Positions 29,406 to 40,258 of a stretch of DNA of 64,000 bases are shown here, in pieces (within the stretch, counting starts at the first letter, position 1; each line of letters starts with the position of its first letter). The notes beneath the pieces were generated by a model. The model saw only the letters and a program-made list of their open reading frames with translations, was not told the origin of the DNA and did not search any database. The stretch is from the NCBI GenBank assembly GCA_963787545.1, contig CAWBDW010000012.1, positions 972 to 64,971 of the forward strand. The letters run 5' to 3'. Source of the DNA: an uncultured Acidobacteriaceae bacterium (GTDB lineage Bacteria; Acidobacteriota; Terriglobia; Bryobacterales; Bryobacteraceae). Made by a program: the position numbers and the translations under genes.

Positions 29406-30437
29406 ATGAACCATCCCGGAACGCTTACGCCGCGGCACTTTGAGGTTTTGCACGCGATCGTTCAGAACTACATCGAAACGGGGGAACCCGTGGCCTCGCG
29501 CAGTATCGCGCGCAAATACCCGATGAGCGCGGCTTCCATCCGCAACATGATGTCAGATCTGCTGGAGGAAGGCTATCTTTCGCAGCCGCATACCTCGGCC
29601 GGACGCGTTCCCACCGAGCGGGCCTATGACAGCTACGCCAGGACTCTCGCCGGCAGCCGTATCGTGCAGTCTGAGTTGGGCCGCCTGCAGGCGGAAATCG
29701 AAAAGGCCGGTAGCGTCGAAGGCCGCATTGAGCGCTCGTCGAAGCTTCTGACCGAGATCACCCGCAACTTCGGAATCGCCGCCGCCATTCCCAACCAGAA
29801 TCAAACACTCGATCAGGTGGAGTTGATCGCGCTCCCCGACTGCCGCGTGCTGATGGTGGTGGTTACGCGCGACCGCATGGTGCGAAATAAGGTGATCACG
29901 CTCGACGACCGCATTTCGCAGGAAGATTTGGTTTCCATCCGCAACTACATCAATTACAATTTCGGCGGCTGGATGCTGCACAACATTCATCGCGAACTGA
30001 AGCGGCGGCTGGAACTGGAAAGCGCCGCCTACGACGAAATTCTCAAACGCGTGCGCTTATTTTATTCGAACGGCTTGTTCGATCTCGGCCTGATGCCGGA
30101 GGTGCACTTCGAAGGCGCCGAATATCTCATTGGCCTCGATCTCCATCTCACGCGCGAACGCATGCGCGAACTCTTCCGCGCGCTCGAAGAGAAGAAGCGC
30201 GTTCTGCAGTTGCTCGAGCGCTTTCTGGAAGAGCGCGAAGGCGAGTTGTCCGTCCAGGTCGGCCTCGCCGACGTTCACCCCAGCATGAGCGGGCTATCGC
30301 TCATCGGAGTGCGGCTGTCGTTGCCAAACGGCCTCGAAGCGCACGTTGCGGTGCTTGGCCCGATGTGGATGAACTACAATCGCGCCATTTCGGCCGTGCT
30401 GCACGTGGGACAAGCGTTCAAGACGGCGACCACGTAG
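29406..30437 (+). CDS. hrcA: heat-inducible transcriptional repressor HrcA
   Basis: 343-aa ORF. It has an N-terminal winged-helix (LTPRHFEVLHAIVQNYIETGEPVASRSIA), GYLSQPHTSAGRVPT, and the typical length. Confidence 0.9.
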   Translation: MNHPGTLTPRHFEVLHAIVQNYIETGEPVASRSIARKYPMSAASIRNMMSDLLEEGYLSQPHTSAGRVPTERAYDSYARTLAGSRIVQSELGRLQAEIEKAGSVEGRIERSSKLLTEITRNFGIAAAIPNQNQTLDQVELIALPDCRVLMVVVTRDRMVRNKVITLDDRISQEDLVSIRNYINYNFGGWMLHNIHRELKRRLELESAAYDEILKRVRLFYSNGLFDLGLMPEVHFEGAEYLIGLDLHLTRERMRELFRALEEKKRVLQLLERFLEEREGELSVQVGLADVHPSMSGLSLIGVRLSLPNGLEAHVAVLGPMWMNYNRAISAVLHVGQAFKTATT

Positions 30438-30488
30438 CGAAGTAGCTCGCGAAATATCCTCACATTGCACTAGTTGGAATTCTTGTTC

Positions 30489-30517
30489 TTGACAGAACGG
30501 CAGATGTCACATATAGT
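30489..30517 (+). promoter_or_regulatory. candidate sigma70-type promoter for the TonB-dependent receptor gene
   Basis: TTGACA (30489-30494), a 17-nt spacer, then TATAGT (30512-30517), about 75 nt upstream of ATG 30592. Confidence 0.4.
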
Positions 30518-30591
30518 GCTAATCGGTCGATAACTATCTTTAGGCGTAAGTGTTTGCGCCGTAAGATGGGTGTCTCGAATAAGGGGGTTGT

Positions 30592-33500
30592 ATGAGGTCG
30601 GTCGGCAGTATTCTCGCTTTTGTGATTGCCGCTTTTCTCCTGTCCACCAGTGCGTGGGCCCAGGAAGGTTCGCTTACCGGATCGGTGCGCGATAGCAGCG
30701 GAGCCGTTGTCCCGAATGCCACGGTCGCGGTTACCAGTGTCCAGCAGGGCTTCGTCCGCACCGTGACAACCAACGCCACCGGAGACTATCTGGTTCCCGG
30801 CCTTCCCGCCGGTACATACAATGTCAACGTAAAGGCGGCGGGATTTCAGCAGTACAATGTCAACGATTTAGTGCTCCGCGTCGCCGAGAAGGGTCGCGTC
30901 GATGCAACCTTGAACCCCGGTCAAATCAGTACCGAAATCTCTGTCGCGGGCGCAGGCGTCGCTCAGGTGGAGACCGAGTCCTCTGAGCTTTCGGGCGTGA
31001 TCACGAACAAACAAATCGACCAACTTGTCTTAAACGGCCGTAACTTTACACAACTGGTCACGCTGATTCCAGGAGTTAGCAACCAGACCAACCAGGATGA
31101 AGGTACGGTCGGCGTCTACGGCAGTGTCGCCTTCAGCATAAACGGCGGCCGCACGGAATACAACAACTGGGAGCTCGACGGCGGCGACAACATGGATAAC
31201 GGCAGCAATAGCACCCTCAATACTTATCCAAACGTCGATGCCATAGCCGAAGTAAAAGTCCTGACCTCGAATTATGGTGCGCAATACGGCAGAAACGGCT
31301 CCGCCACCATCGAAACCATCACCAAATCCGGGACGCGCGACTTTCATGGCGATGTTTTTGAATTTCTCCGTAACGACGATTTCAACGCCCGCAATTTTTT
31401 CGAGTCCACGCGCCCGGAGTACAAGAAGAACGATTTCGGCTACACCATCGGCGGCCCGGTCTTCATCCCCAAGCTCTACAATAAGAGCCGCCAAAAGACT
31501 TTTTTCTTCTTCTCCGAAGAATGGCACAAGGATCGCGTTCCCGGTCAGACCTTCAATCAGCAGGTTCCCTCGAACGAAGAGCGCACCGGCGATTTCTCCG
31601 ATGTGTGTCCAGGCTCCGGCAGCCGCAGTCGATACCACCGGGTACCCGAACTGTCCGGTGAATCCGTCCACCGGCTCTTATTTCGCGAATAATCGGGTGC
31701 CCGTCGCGCCGCAAGCCCAGACTATGCTGAACCTGATTCCTGCCCCAACCACCGGCTCCGGCACGTCGTCGTTTTTCAATGCATCACCGGTTCAAGACAC
31801 AAACTGGCGGCAGGAGCTGGCCCGCGTCGACGAAAACATCACCGATAAGGAACGCTTTTTCTTCCGCTTTATCCACGATTCGTGGAATACCGTCACGCCG
31901 ACTCCGCTCTGGGGAAATCTTACCGGCAGCTTTCCTTCGGTCGAGACCAGCTTTGTCGGTCCGGGCGTGAGCATGGTCGCGAACCTCACCTCTACTCTCT
32001 CCCCCAGCCTGCTCAACGAGTTCGTATTCAGTTACACGACCGATCATATATTTCTCAACGCCATCGGGCCCGTGCAACGTCCCGCGAGCTTCGACATGCC
32101 TGGTATCTTCGACAATGGCTTTCGCGGCCTGCTGCCCAATGTCTCTATCACCAATACAGCCGAGTATGGTGGCGGCTTCAACGCCCCAACTGGTTATTTT
32201 CCTTGGAATAACTCAAATCCGACGTTCACTTACAAAGATAACCTTACAAAAATTATAGGAACTCATAACCTGTTGATGGGCGTTTACTTTGTAGCGGCGC
32301 AAAAGAACGAAGATAACTCTAATTTCCAGGATGCGCAGGGCACTCTAACGTTCAATGGAACCGCTTCGGGCAGCACCGGAAACGGATTCGCCGATTTCCT
32401 GGTTGGGAACATTTACTCATTCGACCAGACAAACCTGCTTACAAAATATTACAACCGCTACAAAATACTTGAGCCATATATTCAGGACGATTGGCACGTT
32501 ACCAAGAAATTAACTCTCAACCTTGGCATGCGTATCAGCCTTTTCGGCACATATCGCGAAAAATACATGCAAGCCTACAATTGGGAGCCGAGCGCATATA
32601 ATCCCTCTCAGATCACGATCAATCCGGATGACACAGTCAGCGGAAATCAATTCGACGGCGTTGTGCAATGCGGCGCGCCAGGTGTTCCCCGCGGCTGCCT
32701 GCAAGGACATCTCTTTAACCCTGCCCCGCGTTTTGGTTTCGCCTACGATCCCGTGGGAGACGGAAAAACATCTATCCGCGGCGGTTACGGCATATTCTTT
32801 GAACACACTAACGGCAATGAAGGGAATACGGAGTCGCTCGAAGGCAGCCCGCCCTTGGTGCAGAATACAACCGTCTATAACATTCCCAGCTATACAGGCA
32901 TTTCCTCCGGCTCCGCCGCGGCTCCAGGCCCTCTGAACGTTATCTCGATTCCGACTACGGCTATTTGGCCTTACGTTCAGCAGTGGAATGTAAGTGTGCA
33001 GCGCGAGCTTCCCAGCACCACCGTCCTGACCGTCGCCTATGCGGGCAGCAAAGGCACGCATCTTACCGACGTGATCGATAATAACCAACTCTTTCCCGTT
33101 CCCTCTTCGCAGAATCCATATCTTCCGGGGCAGGTGATCGGCGCAAACGATTGCGGCACGCTCAGCGTCAACGGTAATCCGGTTGTCGGGACAGGCTCTA
33201 AATAACCTCAATGTTGCATGTGGAAACGTATCGCCAGACTTATATCGTCCCTATCAGGGATTCGGCAACGTCACGTACCTCGAAGACCAGGCCAATTCCA
33301 GTTACAACTCCATGCAAGTATCGGCGCGCCGCAACGTCGGCCATTTGTCTCTAAGTCTGGCCTACACCTGGAGCCATTCCATTGACGATTCTTCCGATCG
33401 CGGCGACACCAGCTTCGTCAACTCCTACAATCTGGAGGCGACCCGCGCCAGTTCGAACTTCGATCAGCGGCAGCTTTTCAATCTCAGCTATGTATACGAT

Positions 33501-34076
33501 CTGCCGCTTCTTCACGAAAGCTGGTTTCCTGCACAGCATTCTCGGCGGATGGCAGGTTTCCGGTATCGTCACTTATCGAAACCGGCACTCCGTTCAGCAT
33601 CGCCAACGGCGCGATCGGCGATAATGCCGGCGTCGGCAACGGCGTGGGAACTGGCTCCTTTGTTGATGTAGTCGGCAATCCAAATGCAGCTCCGCCTGTG
33701 ACGCAGGTCGCCGGAATTCTCGGACCACTGCTGTACAATCCCGCAGCTTTCGCTGAGCCGACCGGCCTCACGTTCGGCAATGCCGGGCGCAATATTCCTG
33801 AACAGTCCGTCGCGCACCAACTGGGACGCCGGGCTGTTCAAGCATTTCGCGCTCGGCGAAACCCGGGCTATTCGAGTTTCGCGCCGAAGCCTTCAACGTG
33901 CTCAATCACACTCAATGGCTGCCCATGAACATCAACGGCACTCCTACGGCATCCTGCTATGGCGGTCCAAACAACAACGCGGGTGATCCGAGCTGTCTCG
34001 ATACATCGAATTTTTGCACCCTCCCGGAGCGCATAATCCGCGCTTCCTGCAGCTAGGCCTGAAGTTCCTGTTCTGA
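30592..34076 (+). pseudogene. TonB-dependent receptor with N-terminal carboxypeptidase-regulatory-like domain; at least 7 frameshifts as assembled
   Basis: Signal peptide (AFLLSTSAWAQEG); CarboxypepD_reg-like GSVRDSSGAVVPNATVAVTS...TGDYLVPGLPAGTYNV; plug (LNGRNFTQLVTLIPGV). The barrel continues through ORFs 31274..33205, 33183..33671, 33382..33624, 33644..33928 and 33780..33986. The final frame ends ...NPRFLQLGLKFLF*, with TGA at 34074-34076. Confidence 0.85.
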
Positions 34077-34175
34077 AAACGCGCGTGTCGAATCCAGCGC
34101 TGCCCGTTGCGGTCGCGCTGGATCGCATTGCATGCTATCGTGCAATTTCAGGCGCTACGCGCTGCCCGCGCCGCC

Positions 34176-35930
34176 ATGCCGACCTCCGCCGAAACCGCTT
34201 TCACCGTAGAAACTCAAGTCGCGGCGTTTGCTTCTCTGACGCTCGATTGCGGCGTCACGCTCACGAATGTTGAAGTTGCCTACGAGACATACGGCACCCT
34301 CAACCCCGCGCGAACCAACGCGATTCTCGTGCTGCACGCGTTCTCGGGCGACGCGCACGCCGCCGGAATCAGCAAAGAAACCGGCCAACCCGGCTGGTGG
34401 TCCAGCATGGTCGGCCCCGGCCTCGCTTTCGACACAGACCGCTACTTCGTAATCTCTTCGAACGTCCTAGGCGGCTGCCGCGGTACTACCGGCCCGGCTT
34501 CCCTCGATCCCTCCACCGGCCGTCCCTACGCGATGCACTTCCCGGTGATCACCGTCGGCGACATGGTCCGCCTGCAGAAGATGTTGGTCGAGCGCCTGGG
34601 CATTGAGCGCTTGCTCGCGGTCGCCGGCGGTTCCATGGGCGGTATGCAGGCGCTGGAATGGGCCGTAGCGTATCCCGATGCTGTCGCAGCCGCCATCCCA
34701 ATCGCCGCCACATCGCGGCATAGCGCGCAGCAGATCGCCTTCAACGAAGTCGGACGCCAGGCCATCATGGCCGATCCCGACTGGAACGAGGGCGATTATT
34801 ACGACGCCAAGCCCCCCGCCCGCGGCTTGGCTGTAGCGCGCATGGTCGGCCATATCACCTACATGAGCGACGCCTCCATGCGCCAGAAGTTCGGCCGGCG
34901 GCTGCGCGATAAGGACGCTTTCGGCTACGACTTCTCGGTCGATTTCGAAGTGGAAAGCTACCTGCGCTATCGCGGCAGCCAGTTCGTCAATCGCTTCGAT
35001 GCAAACTCTTATCTCTACATCACCAAGGCGATGGATTATTTCGATCTGTCGGCCGGCGCCAGCTCGCTGGCTGCCGCAGTCGATCGCACCCGCGCCCGCT
35101 TCTTAGTGCTGAGTTTTACTTCCGACTGGCTCTATCCCACCTATCAGTCGCTCGAAACCGTCAGCGCGCTGCGCAGCCGAAACATCGACGTCGCATTTTG
35201 CGAACTCTCCTCCACTTACGGCCACGACGCCTTCCTGCTCGAAACCGGCGAGCAGAGCGAAATGATCGCCGGCTTCCTCGAAAGCGTTTTTCGCCAAACC
35301 ACCAGCGCGCCGCCGAAACCAAAGGAACCTAGCCCGGAAATCAGCGCCCGCCGCGATTACGCCATGATCGCCGAGCTGATTGAGCCCGGCTCCTATGTGC
35401 TCGATCTCGGTTGCGGTGAAGGTGAGTTGCTCGCCTGGCTGCGCCAGCACAAACGCGTGAACGCCCAGGGTGTCGAAATCGATTCGCACAAAGTCGGACG
35501 CGCCATCGCTCGCGGCGTCTCCGTCTATCAGAGCGATATCGAGCAAGGCTTGGCGGATTACCCGGACGCCACCTTCGATTTCGTCATACTCAGCCAAACT
35601 CTGCAGGAGATGCGCTACCCGTTGCGCGTGTTGCGCGAAATGCTTCGCGTCGGCCGCCACGCGATTGTCGCGTTCCCGAACTTCGGCCATTGGACCACGC
35701 GGCTGGCCCACCTCACCACCGGCCGCGCTCCGCGAACCACGCTGTTCCCTTATGACTGGTACGAATCGCCGAACCTCCACTTCCTCACGGTCGATGATTT
35801 CGTGTCGCTCTGCCGCCAGCAGAACTGGATCGTGGAACGCCAGATGTTCGTCAAAGGCAATCGCGAATCTCGCTTTCTACCGAACCTGCTGGCGGAGCTG
35901 GCCGTCTTCTCCATCCGCGCCGCCCAGTGA
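34176..35930 (+). CDS. metX: fused homoserine O-acetyltransferase (MetX) / MetW methionine-biosynthesis protein
   Basis: Single 607-aa ORF; ATG 34176 is preferred over TTG 34107. The MetX part has VAYETYGTLNPARTNAILVLHAFSGDAH and the nucleophile elbow GGSMGGMQALEW. A roughly 25-aa Pro/Lys linker follows. The MetW part has DYAMIAELIEPGSYVLDLGCGEGELL...FDFVILSQTLQ...AIVAFPNFGHW. Confidence 0.85.
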   Translation: MPTSAETAFTVETQVAAFASLTLDCGVTLTNVEVAYETYGTLNPARTNAILVLHAFSGDAHAAGISKETGQPGWWSSMVGPGLAFDTDRYFVISSNVLGGCRGTTGPASLDPSTGRPYAMHFPVITVGDMVRLQKMLVERLGIERLLAVAGGSMGGMQALEWAVAYPDAVAAAIPIAATSRHSAQQIAFNEVGRQAIMADPDWNEGDYYDAKPPARGLAVARMVGHITYMSDASMRQKFGRRLRDKDAFGYDFSVDFEVESYLRYRGSQFVNRFDANSYLYITKAMDYFDLSAGASSLAAAVDRTRARFLVLSFTSDWLYPTYQSLETVSALRSRNIDVAFCELSSTYGHDAFLLETGEQSEMIAGFLESVFRQTTSAPPKPKEPSPEISARRDYAMIAELIEPGSYVLDLGCGEGELLAWLRQHKRVNAQGVEIDSHKVGRAIARGVSVYQSDIEQGLADYPDATFDFVILSQTLQEMRYPLRVLREMLRVGRHAIVAFPNFGHWTTRLAHLTTGRAPRTTLFPYDWYESPNLHFLTVDDFVSLCRQQNWIVERQMFVKGNRESRFLPNLLAELAVFSIRAAQ

Positions 35931-37315
35931 AAGGACTTACCGTGCCAACCGCTGTCGAACAATTCGTCCGCCAGAATGAATCGCGCTTTCTAAACGAGCT
36001 GCTCGATTTTATCCGCATCCCGAGCATCAGCACGCTGCCTGAAAACCAGCCGGACGTCGCGCGCGCGGCTCAATTTGTCGCCGATAGCTTAAAGCGCGCC
36101 GGCCTCGAGAACGTCGAAGTTATCCCCACTGCAAAACATCCGCTCGTCTATGCCGATTGGCTCCACGCGCCCGGCAAACCCACCGTGCTCTGCTACGGCC
36201 ACTACGACGTTCAGCCCCCCGATCCGCTCGATCTTTGGAAATCTCCTCCCTTCGAGCCCAGCATTCGCGACGGCAACATCTACGCCCGCGGCGCCTGCGA
36301 CGACAAAGGCCAGATGTACATGCATATCAAGGCGGTCGAAGCCCTCCGCGCCGTTAATGCCGGCGCCTTGCCCGTCAACGTCAAATTCCTCATCGAAGGC
36401 GAAGAAGAAGTCGGTGGAGAATCGATTGCCAAGTACGTCCCGCGGCAAAAAGACAAGCTCAACGCAGACGTTGCGCTCGTTTCCGATACCGAGCTATTTG
36501 CCGATGGCATCCCCACCCTGTGCATCGGCCTGCGTGGGCTGATTTATGTCGAAATCGAAGCCACCGGCCCCGCGCGCGACCTGCATTCCGGAATGTATGG
36601 CGGCACGGCTCCGAACGCCGTTTATGGATTGATCGAGCTGCTCGCGAAAGCGAAAGACGCGAACGGGCGGATTCAAATTCCAGGCATCTACGATTCTGTT
36701 GTGCCGCCCGATAAAGCCGAAACGGAAAGCTGGAGCCGCCTTCCGTTCTCCGAAGCCGATTTTCTCCGCGACGAAGTCGGCTCGACCCAACTCACCGGTG
36801 AGCCCGATCAGTCCGTCTTCGCGCGTATCTGGGCGCGGCCCACTTTCGAAGTGCACGGCATCGCGGGCGGCTTCACGGGCGCAGGCGCTAAAACCGTCAT
36901 TCCCGCCAAGGCGACTGCCAAGGTGAGCGTGCGCTTAGTGCCAGAACAGAACCCCGAAGAAGTCCTAAAATCTCTGCGCGATTGGGTGCGGCGCAACACG
37001 CCGCCAGGCATTCAGACCGAAGTGCGCGTCCTCAGCGCAAACCCCGCCGTTTCGGTCAATCCGAACCATCCTGCCATCCAAATTGCCGCGCGCGCCTTCA
37101 GCGCCGAACTCGGCAAACCGACTGTATTTATTCGAACTGGCGGGTCCATTCCCATCGTGGGCGAGTTCGCTTCTCACCTCGGAATTCCCACCGTGCTCAT
37201 GGGCTTCGGCCTGCCTGACGATGGCCTGCACTCACCCAATGAAAAGTACCGGATCGAGAACTATTACAAGGGCATCGTGACCATCGCCCGCTTCCTTGAA
37301 GAATACGGCAAGTAA
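35927..37315 (+). CDS. M20-family dipeptidase/acetylornithine-deacetylase-like metallopeptidase
   Basis: 462-aa ORF containing CYGHYDVQPPDP, ARGACDDKGQ and LIEGEEEVGG. The GTG start overlaps the metXW stop (GTGA). Confidence 0.85.
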   Translation: MKGLTVPTAVEQFVRQNESRFLNELLDFIRIPSISTLPENQPDVARAAQFVADSLKRAGLENVEVIPTAKHPLVYADWLHAPGKPTVLCYGHYDVQPPDPLDLWKSPPFEPSIRDGNIYARGACDDKGQMYMHIKAVEALRAVNAGALPVNVKFLIEGEEEVGGESIAKYVPRQKDKLNADVALVSDTELFADGIPTLCIGLRGLIYVEIEATGPARDLHSGMYGGTAPNAVYGLIELLAKAKDANGRIQIPGIYDSVVPPDKAETESWSRLPFSEADFLRDEVGSTQLTGEPDQSVFARIWARPTFEVHGIAGGFTGAGAKTVIPAKATAKVSVRLVPEQNPEEVLKSLRDWVRRNTPPGIQTEVRVLSANPAVSVNPNHPAIQIAARAFSAELGKPTVFIRTGGSIPIVGEFASHLGIPTVLMGFGLPDDGLHSPNEKYRIENYYKGIVTIARFLEEYGK

Positions 37316-37351
37316 TCGCTCACAGACGCGCATGCTAGAATCCGGAGTTGA

Positions 37352-38101
37352 ATGCTGCAGGACCTCGCTCTTGCGCTGCGTCTTCAGGCGCTAGATCGCA
37401 AGATCGCGAGTCTCGAGAACGAGATCGCGACTCTCCCCAAACACATCGTGGAAATTGAAAAGCGCTTGGAAGCCCATACTCGCCGCCTCGAAGCGGACCG
37501 GGCCGCCTTGTCCGCCAACCAGCGTGATCGAAAAAAACTCGAAGGCGATATCCAGCTCCACGAGCAGAAGATCTCCAAACTCAAAGATCAAACTCTGCAG
37601 GCGAAAACCAACGAGCAGTATCGTGCGTTTCAGCACGAGATCGAATACGCCGAACACGAGATCCGCAAAGCCGAAGACAGAATTCTCGACCTGATGGAGC
37701 AATCTGAGCCGCTCGAGAAAAACGTCAAAGCCGCGGAAACGGACTTGAAGAGCCAGGCGCAGCACGTCGAATCGGAAAAGACGCACGCGCGTGAACGCAC
37801 CGCGGCCGATCGGAATGAACTCTCCGGCGCGCGCGCCGAACGCCAATCCATCGTCGTTGAGATGGAGCCGGGCTTCTACAGGGAATACGAACGCATCCGC
37901 AAAAAGACTAAAAATACGCCCATCGCGGATGCCACCGAGGGCCGCTGCGATGCCTGCCAGATTGCTCTGCGTCCGCAGTTCTTTCAGGATCTGCGCCGCG
38001 GCGACAAAATCATGTTTTGCGAAAGCTGCAGCCGCATCCTGACCTATAATCCTGTGATCGATGTTGCGGGCGACGTGGCCGCTTCCCAGCAGACCGCCTG
38101 A
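37352..38101 (+). CDS. coiled-coil zinc-ribbon protein (COG1579/DUF164-like)
   Basis: 249-aa ORF. A long coiled coil is followed by C-terminal CDACQIAL...FCESCSRIL (two CxxC pairs). Confidence 0.75.
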   Translation: MLQDLALALRLQALDRKIASLENEIATLPKHIVEIEKRLEAHTRRLEADRAALSANQRDRKKLEGDIQLHEQKISKLKDQTLQAKTNEQYRAFQHEIEYAEHEIRKAEDRILDLMEQSEPLEKNVKAAETDLKSQAQHVESEKTHARERTAADRNELSGARAERQSIVVEMEPGFYREYERIRKKTKNTPIADATEGRCDACQIALRPQFFQDLRRGDKIMFCESCSRILTYNPVIDVAGDVAASQQTA

Positions 38102-38157
38102 ACCGGCTTTGCTATCCTCACGGATTCGGGCAGTTTTAAACCGCCCCGGAGCCATTT

Positions 38158-40247
38158 ATGAGGGTCTTCGACAGTTCCGATATCCGTAACGTAGCCTTTA
38201 TTGGACATGGACACTGCGGCAAAACATCCTTGACGTCGGCACTGCTGTTTGCCGCCGGTGCCACGGACCGCCATCTCAAAGTCGACGAGGGAAACACCAT
38301 CACGGACTTTGATGAAGAAGAGGTTGCCCGCAAGCTGACCATCACCACCGCCTTGGCCTCGTTCCCCTGGCAAAAAATCAAAATCAACCTGATCGACACG
38401 CCCGGCTACAACATTTTCTTGAGCGATACTCGTTCGGCTCTTGTCGCCTCTGATGCCGCGCTCGTGCTGCTCGATGGCGTAGCGGGCATCGAAGTCTCAA
38501 CGGAGAAGGTCTGGCGCTTCGCCGAAGAATTCAAACTGCCTTGCGCGCTGCTCGTCAACAAGCTGGATCGCGAGCGATCCTCCTTCGAGCGCGTCCTCGA
38601 CAGCGTGCACGAGACCTTCGGCAGAGCCGCGGTGCCGATTCATCTGCCCATCGGCTCGGAAAAGAACTTCAGCGGCGTCATCGACCTGATTCGCATGCGC
38701 GCCTACACCTACAAACCCGGCGGCGACGGCAAGGGGAAAGAGGAGGACATCCCGGCGGCGCAATCCGAAGAGGCGACCAAAGCGCACGAGGCGCTGGTCG
38801 AAATGATCGCCGAAGGCAACGACGCGCTGATGGAAGAATTCTTCGCCAACGGCACGCTCCCGGTGGAACACATCGTAACCGGCCTGCAGCAGGCCATTCG
38901 CGAGCGCCGCATCGTTCCCATTCTTTGCGCCGCCGCTTCCCAGAACATCGCGTCGGATCTGGCGCTGAATTTTATCGCGGAGATCTTCCCGTCCCCTCTG
39001 GAGCGGCCGCCTGTCGCAGCAACTGAAAATGGCAGCGAAGTAAGCAAGGCCATCGCGCCGAAAGAGCCCACATCTCTCTTCGTGTTCAAAACCTCGGCCG
39101 ATCCTTTCGCCGGGCGCGTCAGCTACTTCAAAGTCATGTCCGGCGTGATGAAAGACGACGCGCATCTGACCAACATGCGCTCGAACGTCAGCGAGCGCCT
39201 GGCCCATATCGCCACTCCGTTCGGTAAATCTTGCAGCCCGTGACCGAACTGCGCGCCGGCGATATCGGTGCAGTCGCCAAACTGAAAGAAACGCTCACAG
39301 GGGACACCCTTTGCGAAAAAACAAACTGCGTCGTCTTTCGAGCGGTTGATGTCCCCGAGCCATCCATCGCGTACGCCATCTCCGCCAAAACCCGTAGCGA
39401 TGAAGACCGCTTGAGCACCGCGCTCTCCAAGATTCTCGAAGAAGACCGCGCGCTTCGCTTCTATCGCGACCCGCTAACCAAAGAGTTCTTGCTGGCGGGC
39501 AACGGCCAGCAGCACGTCGAAGTCGTGGTGAGCCGCCTGAAGCGCCGCTACAGCGTGGAAGTGGAGCTCCACGCGCCTAAGATTCCCTACCGCGAAACGG
39601 TCCGGGGCAGCGCCAGCGTTCAGGGCCGCCACAAAAAACAAACCGGAGGCCATGGCCAGTTCGGCGATTGTTGGATCAAGCTGGAGCCCCTGGCGCGCGG
39701 CGAAAAGTTCGAATTCGTCAACGATATCTTCGGCGGTTCCATTCCCAGGCAGTACATCCCGGCAGTGGAGAAGGGAATCGTGGAAGCGGCCGAACAGGGC
39801 TTCATGGCGGGTTATCCCGTCACGGATTTCAAAGTGACGCTGTACGACGGCTCTTATCACGACGTGGATTCGTCCGAAATGGCGTTCAAACTCGCTGGCC
39901 GGAAGGCCTTTCGCGCCGCCATGCAGCAGGCCAAACCTGCCCTGCTCGAGCCCATCATGACCGTGCAAGTGGAAACGCCTATCGATTTTGCCGGCGACCT
40001 CATGAGCGATTTCAACGGCAGGCGCGGGCGCATTCTGGGCATGGATATTAAGGGCAACATGCAAACCATCCGCGCCCACGTGCCCATGTCGGAGATGTTG
40101 AGCTACCAAAACGACCTGATCTCAAAGACGCAGGGCCGTGCGTCCTTCCATATGGAATTCGACCACTACGACTACGTGCCCGCGCTGCAAGCCGAAAAGA
40201 TCATCGCCGCGGCCAAGACCCATCTGCACGTCGAAGAAGAAGAGTAG
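38158..40247 (+). CDS. elongation factor G paralogue (EF-G-like GTPase), one frameshift
   Basis: ORF 38158..39243 carries G1 IGHGHCGKTS, G3 DTPG and G4 NKLD. It joins ORF 39231..40247, which carries domains III-V (...HKKQTGGHGQFGD...IPRQYIPAVEKG...). The junction is at about 39224-39232 and is consistent with one missing base. Confidence 0.88.
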
Positions 40248-40258
40248 CGGCGGACGCG

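Noticed and set aside
34077-34175. SAM riboswitch in the metXW leader.
   Set aside because: The leader is only about 100 nt. I could not match it to the SAM-I, SAM-II or SAM-IV core sequences I remember. It is kept only as 'unclassified hairpins' in the findings.
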